This document shows, piece by piece, positions 61,379-64,000 of a DNA stretch of 64,000 nt. Numbering within the stretch: position 1 is the first letter of the stretch; each line of letters opens with the position of its first letter. Where the stretch lies: the NCBI GenBank assembly GCA_047967505.1, contig CM106538.1. One strand, 5' to 3'. A model generated the notes under the pieces. The model was not told where the DNA came from. It did no database searches and was given only the letters and a program-made list of their open reading frames with translations. The DNA comes from Dipteris shenzhenensis. Its lineage: Eukaryota. A program made the translations under genes and the position numbers.

Positions 61379-64000
61379 TTTTTTTTTTTGGTAAGAAGAA
61401 ATATTTTATTGTTGTGAAATAATTACATTCATAGTTACTCCAAAAACGGAGTAACTACTACTCACCGAAAATCTTAGTATAAGCCATGTATACATCATGA
61501 TCAATCAAATGAGTCTGAAAGCAATCATAAAACGATTGCCGCAGAGATCTTTTGGAAAAAACTAAAGATGGAAAAGTAGGATCACTAAAGACTCTATGAT
61601 TTCTGTTCATCCATAGAGCCCAAAGTGCCCAGTAGCGCACCCAAACAAAAAATAAATCAAAACCGTGTCTAGCGGGATGAAAACCAAATAACCAGAAGAA
61701 CCTACCAAAAGAGTAACAGTAGGAAATCTCGCTCGAAGCCCCTGACGAATGAGAGCGAGGAAATCACAAGTATGTGGACAGTGCGAGAAAATGTGAGGCA
61801 ATGATTCAGCAGGATGTAGACATTTGTGGCAAACAGCCGGGGCAATATGTCTATGCGCGAGTAAGTGCCTAGATGGAAAAATGCCAAGTAGGACTCGCCA
61901 GAGGAAAAGTTGTTGCCGAAGAGGGACTTTATAAGGCCAAAGGAGACGCAGCCGCTTTCTCCACCACTTTGATGGGTGATCCATATGCCAAACAGAATTG
62001 GCTCTGTCAAAAACCCAAGACGGAGGTAACAACACTTTATACAGAGAAGGCACTGTGATATGTGACAGCTTAAAAGGACGAGTTGAAGAAGAGGAAGAAT
62101 GAAGAGTCCAATCCTCAAGCCTATCTTGAAGTTCCAAACGAGGTATCGGCAAGAAAGGTTGAAGCATTTCTGAAATTTTGTGCCATAAAGGACGATAATG
62201 AGCTCCCAAACCATACTTGCTAGCAGCCGCAGAAAAAGATAAAAGAGTGTTATCATCCTGAAGTACATCCGTCACAGAAGCAATACCTTTGAAAGATATA
62301 AAATAAACGCTTGGGTTCTTGTATAGCCAAAGGAGGGTGAAATACTTTGGACCAATAAATATTCTCAGCCCTCAAGGAATTTCCCAACAAAGAATCCCTA
62401 CCATTCCATTCCAAGTGAGATAAGATATGCTTCCTATCAAGAAGCAAACGAGAGACAAAAGGGTAGCCTCTGATCTTGCCTTGAATAGAGCCAAATAGAA
62501 AATCCCACTGTGTAGGCTGCCAATGCCCAAAAGCAGAAGTATCAATATGCAACAAAAGAGAGCGGATCATGTAAGCCCAAGGCTGATCCCCTTGCATAAA
62601 GTGCAACATCATTTTTCCCCTGTGAGCAATTATATGCATTTGAATATTGAGTATGTTCAAACCCCTGTGCATCTTTGGAGAATAGAGACGATGCATAGAG
62701 AGTAATCTGAGACTTTTCTTGCCATTTTTTGAACGCTAGAAAATATCCATGATAGCAGACATAAAGGAAACCAGATTTGCCTTAGTAAACATGATGAGGG
62801 GCAGAGAGAATTGTATGTATGCAATCAAAATGGATTGCGTTATTCGCAAACGAACATGTAATGGCCAAGTTGCAAGCTTCCAATATTCAAGTTTTTTCCT
62901 AAGCTTTGTGAGCACCCAATCAGTTTATTGAGAACGAGTGAGTCCCCAACCTAGAGGATAGCTAAGATGTCGAATCAATTGAGAAGGTGGAACAATTTCC
63001 CCAGGCCATAAAAGATTATGCCAACCTTTAGCATGCAACGGCAATAGCTTGGATTTCTGAAAATTCACATGAAAACCAGCAGCTAAGCCATATGTGGAAA
63101 GGACCTGCATAATTAAAAAGAGATCACTTTGAGTATTTTGCGGGGTAAAGAAAGAATCATCAGCATATGCTTAAGCGATCATGCTACGTCTGCCAGGAAT
63201 TTCCAATCCATGCAACATGCTAGTGTCCAAAAGGTGGTCCATATATTGAAGCATTGGATGAGTGGCTATGGCAAATAGTAAAGCACTAAGGGGACAGCCT
63301 TGCCGAACAGAACAACCAAGAGTCTAGGTTGTAGAAATATCCCCTAAAAGTATGTAGGTAGCTTTACTATCTTGATATAGCCAATTGATAACTTGCTGCA
63401 TTTTTGTGCCAAATCCCAAGCCCTGCATCGTTTGTGAAATAAAGTCCCACTGAACAGTATCAAAAGCTTTGGCAATATCAACTTGCAATAGCAAAACATC
63501 CTGCTGCATATATTTGGCATATTCTATTCCAACATAGGCATTAGCAATGTTGTCTGTGATATGCCTACGAGGAATAAAACCATATTGCGCAGGATGCAAT
63601 CCATCATGCAAATAGCCTTTAATTCGATCAACAATCATTTTGGTAGTAAATTTGTAAATGATTGGCATAAGCATGATAGGTCTCCAATCAGCCAAAGATT
63701 CACAGATGTGCTTTTTTGGAAGGAGTTTAATAAGATCTCTCTTCCATGTGTCTAGCATTTTCTGATTTTGCCAAGCAGAATTCACCATATGCAGCAAAGT
63801 ATGCTTCAAAAGAGGCCAATATTCTAAAAAAAACTCAACTATAAGACCATTCCATCCTGGAGATTTCCATCTACCACAGGATTTAATTGCATCTGACAAT
63901 TCCCTCTCAGTGAAAGGTTCCTCCAATTCCAAAGCTTGAGTAGTGGAGATAATAGGAGAAACATGCTGTAAAAGTAAATTTCTTGCAGACAAAACCTGTT
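61379..64000 (-). mobile_element. LINE C: a related but distinct family, ORF2 RT to 3' end, pseudogenised, runs off the window
   Basis: T11 tail at 61379-61389. KSPGWNGL, DWRPIML, QVDIAKAFDTVQW, KMHRGLNI, CHKC...HIFSHCPH. ORF2 stop at 61458-61460. Confidence 0.9.

Overview
Land-plant nuclear DNA; the PPR motif style and a very long, TE-filled intron suggest a fern or another seed-free vascular plant (inference only). Three host genes are recognisable: an intronless PLS-class PPR editing-factor gene (443-3289, -) followed by a decayed DYW tail, an intronless DUF1191 membrane-protein gene (19882-21117, +), and exon 1 of a WRAP73/WDR8-like WD40 gene (39957-40073, +) whose first intron appears to run past the window end. 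The rest is mostly decayed LINE, LTR and CACTA sequence, tandem duplications and microsatellites. The most unusual structure is inside the WD40 intron: three LINEs sit head-to-tail in the same orientation, each with its poly(A) end next to CA-repeat sequence, and two LTR retrotransposons have inserted into them. One is a young chromovirus with a perfect TSD but three LTRs (LTR>, PBS, <LTR, <gag-pol, LTR>), so its intact 1567-aa ORF is antisense to the outer LTRs and a ~474-bp hairpin forms around an 18-nt tRNA-iMet complement. The other is a copia whose 5' LTR stops just after the TATA box and lacks R/U5/PBS. Coordinates were read by eye, and the boundaries of decayed elements are approximate.
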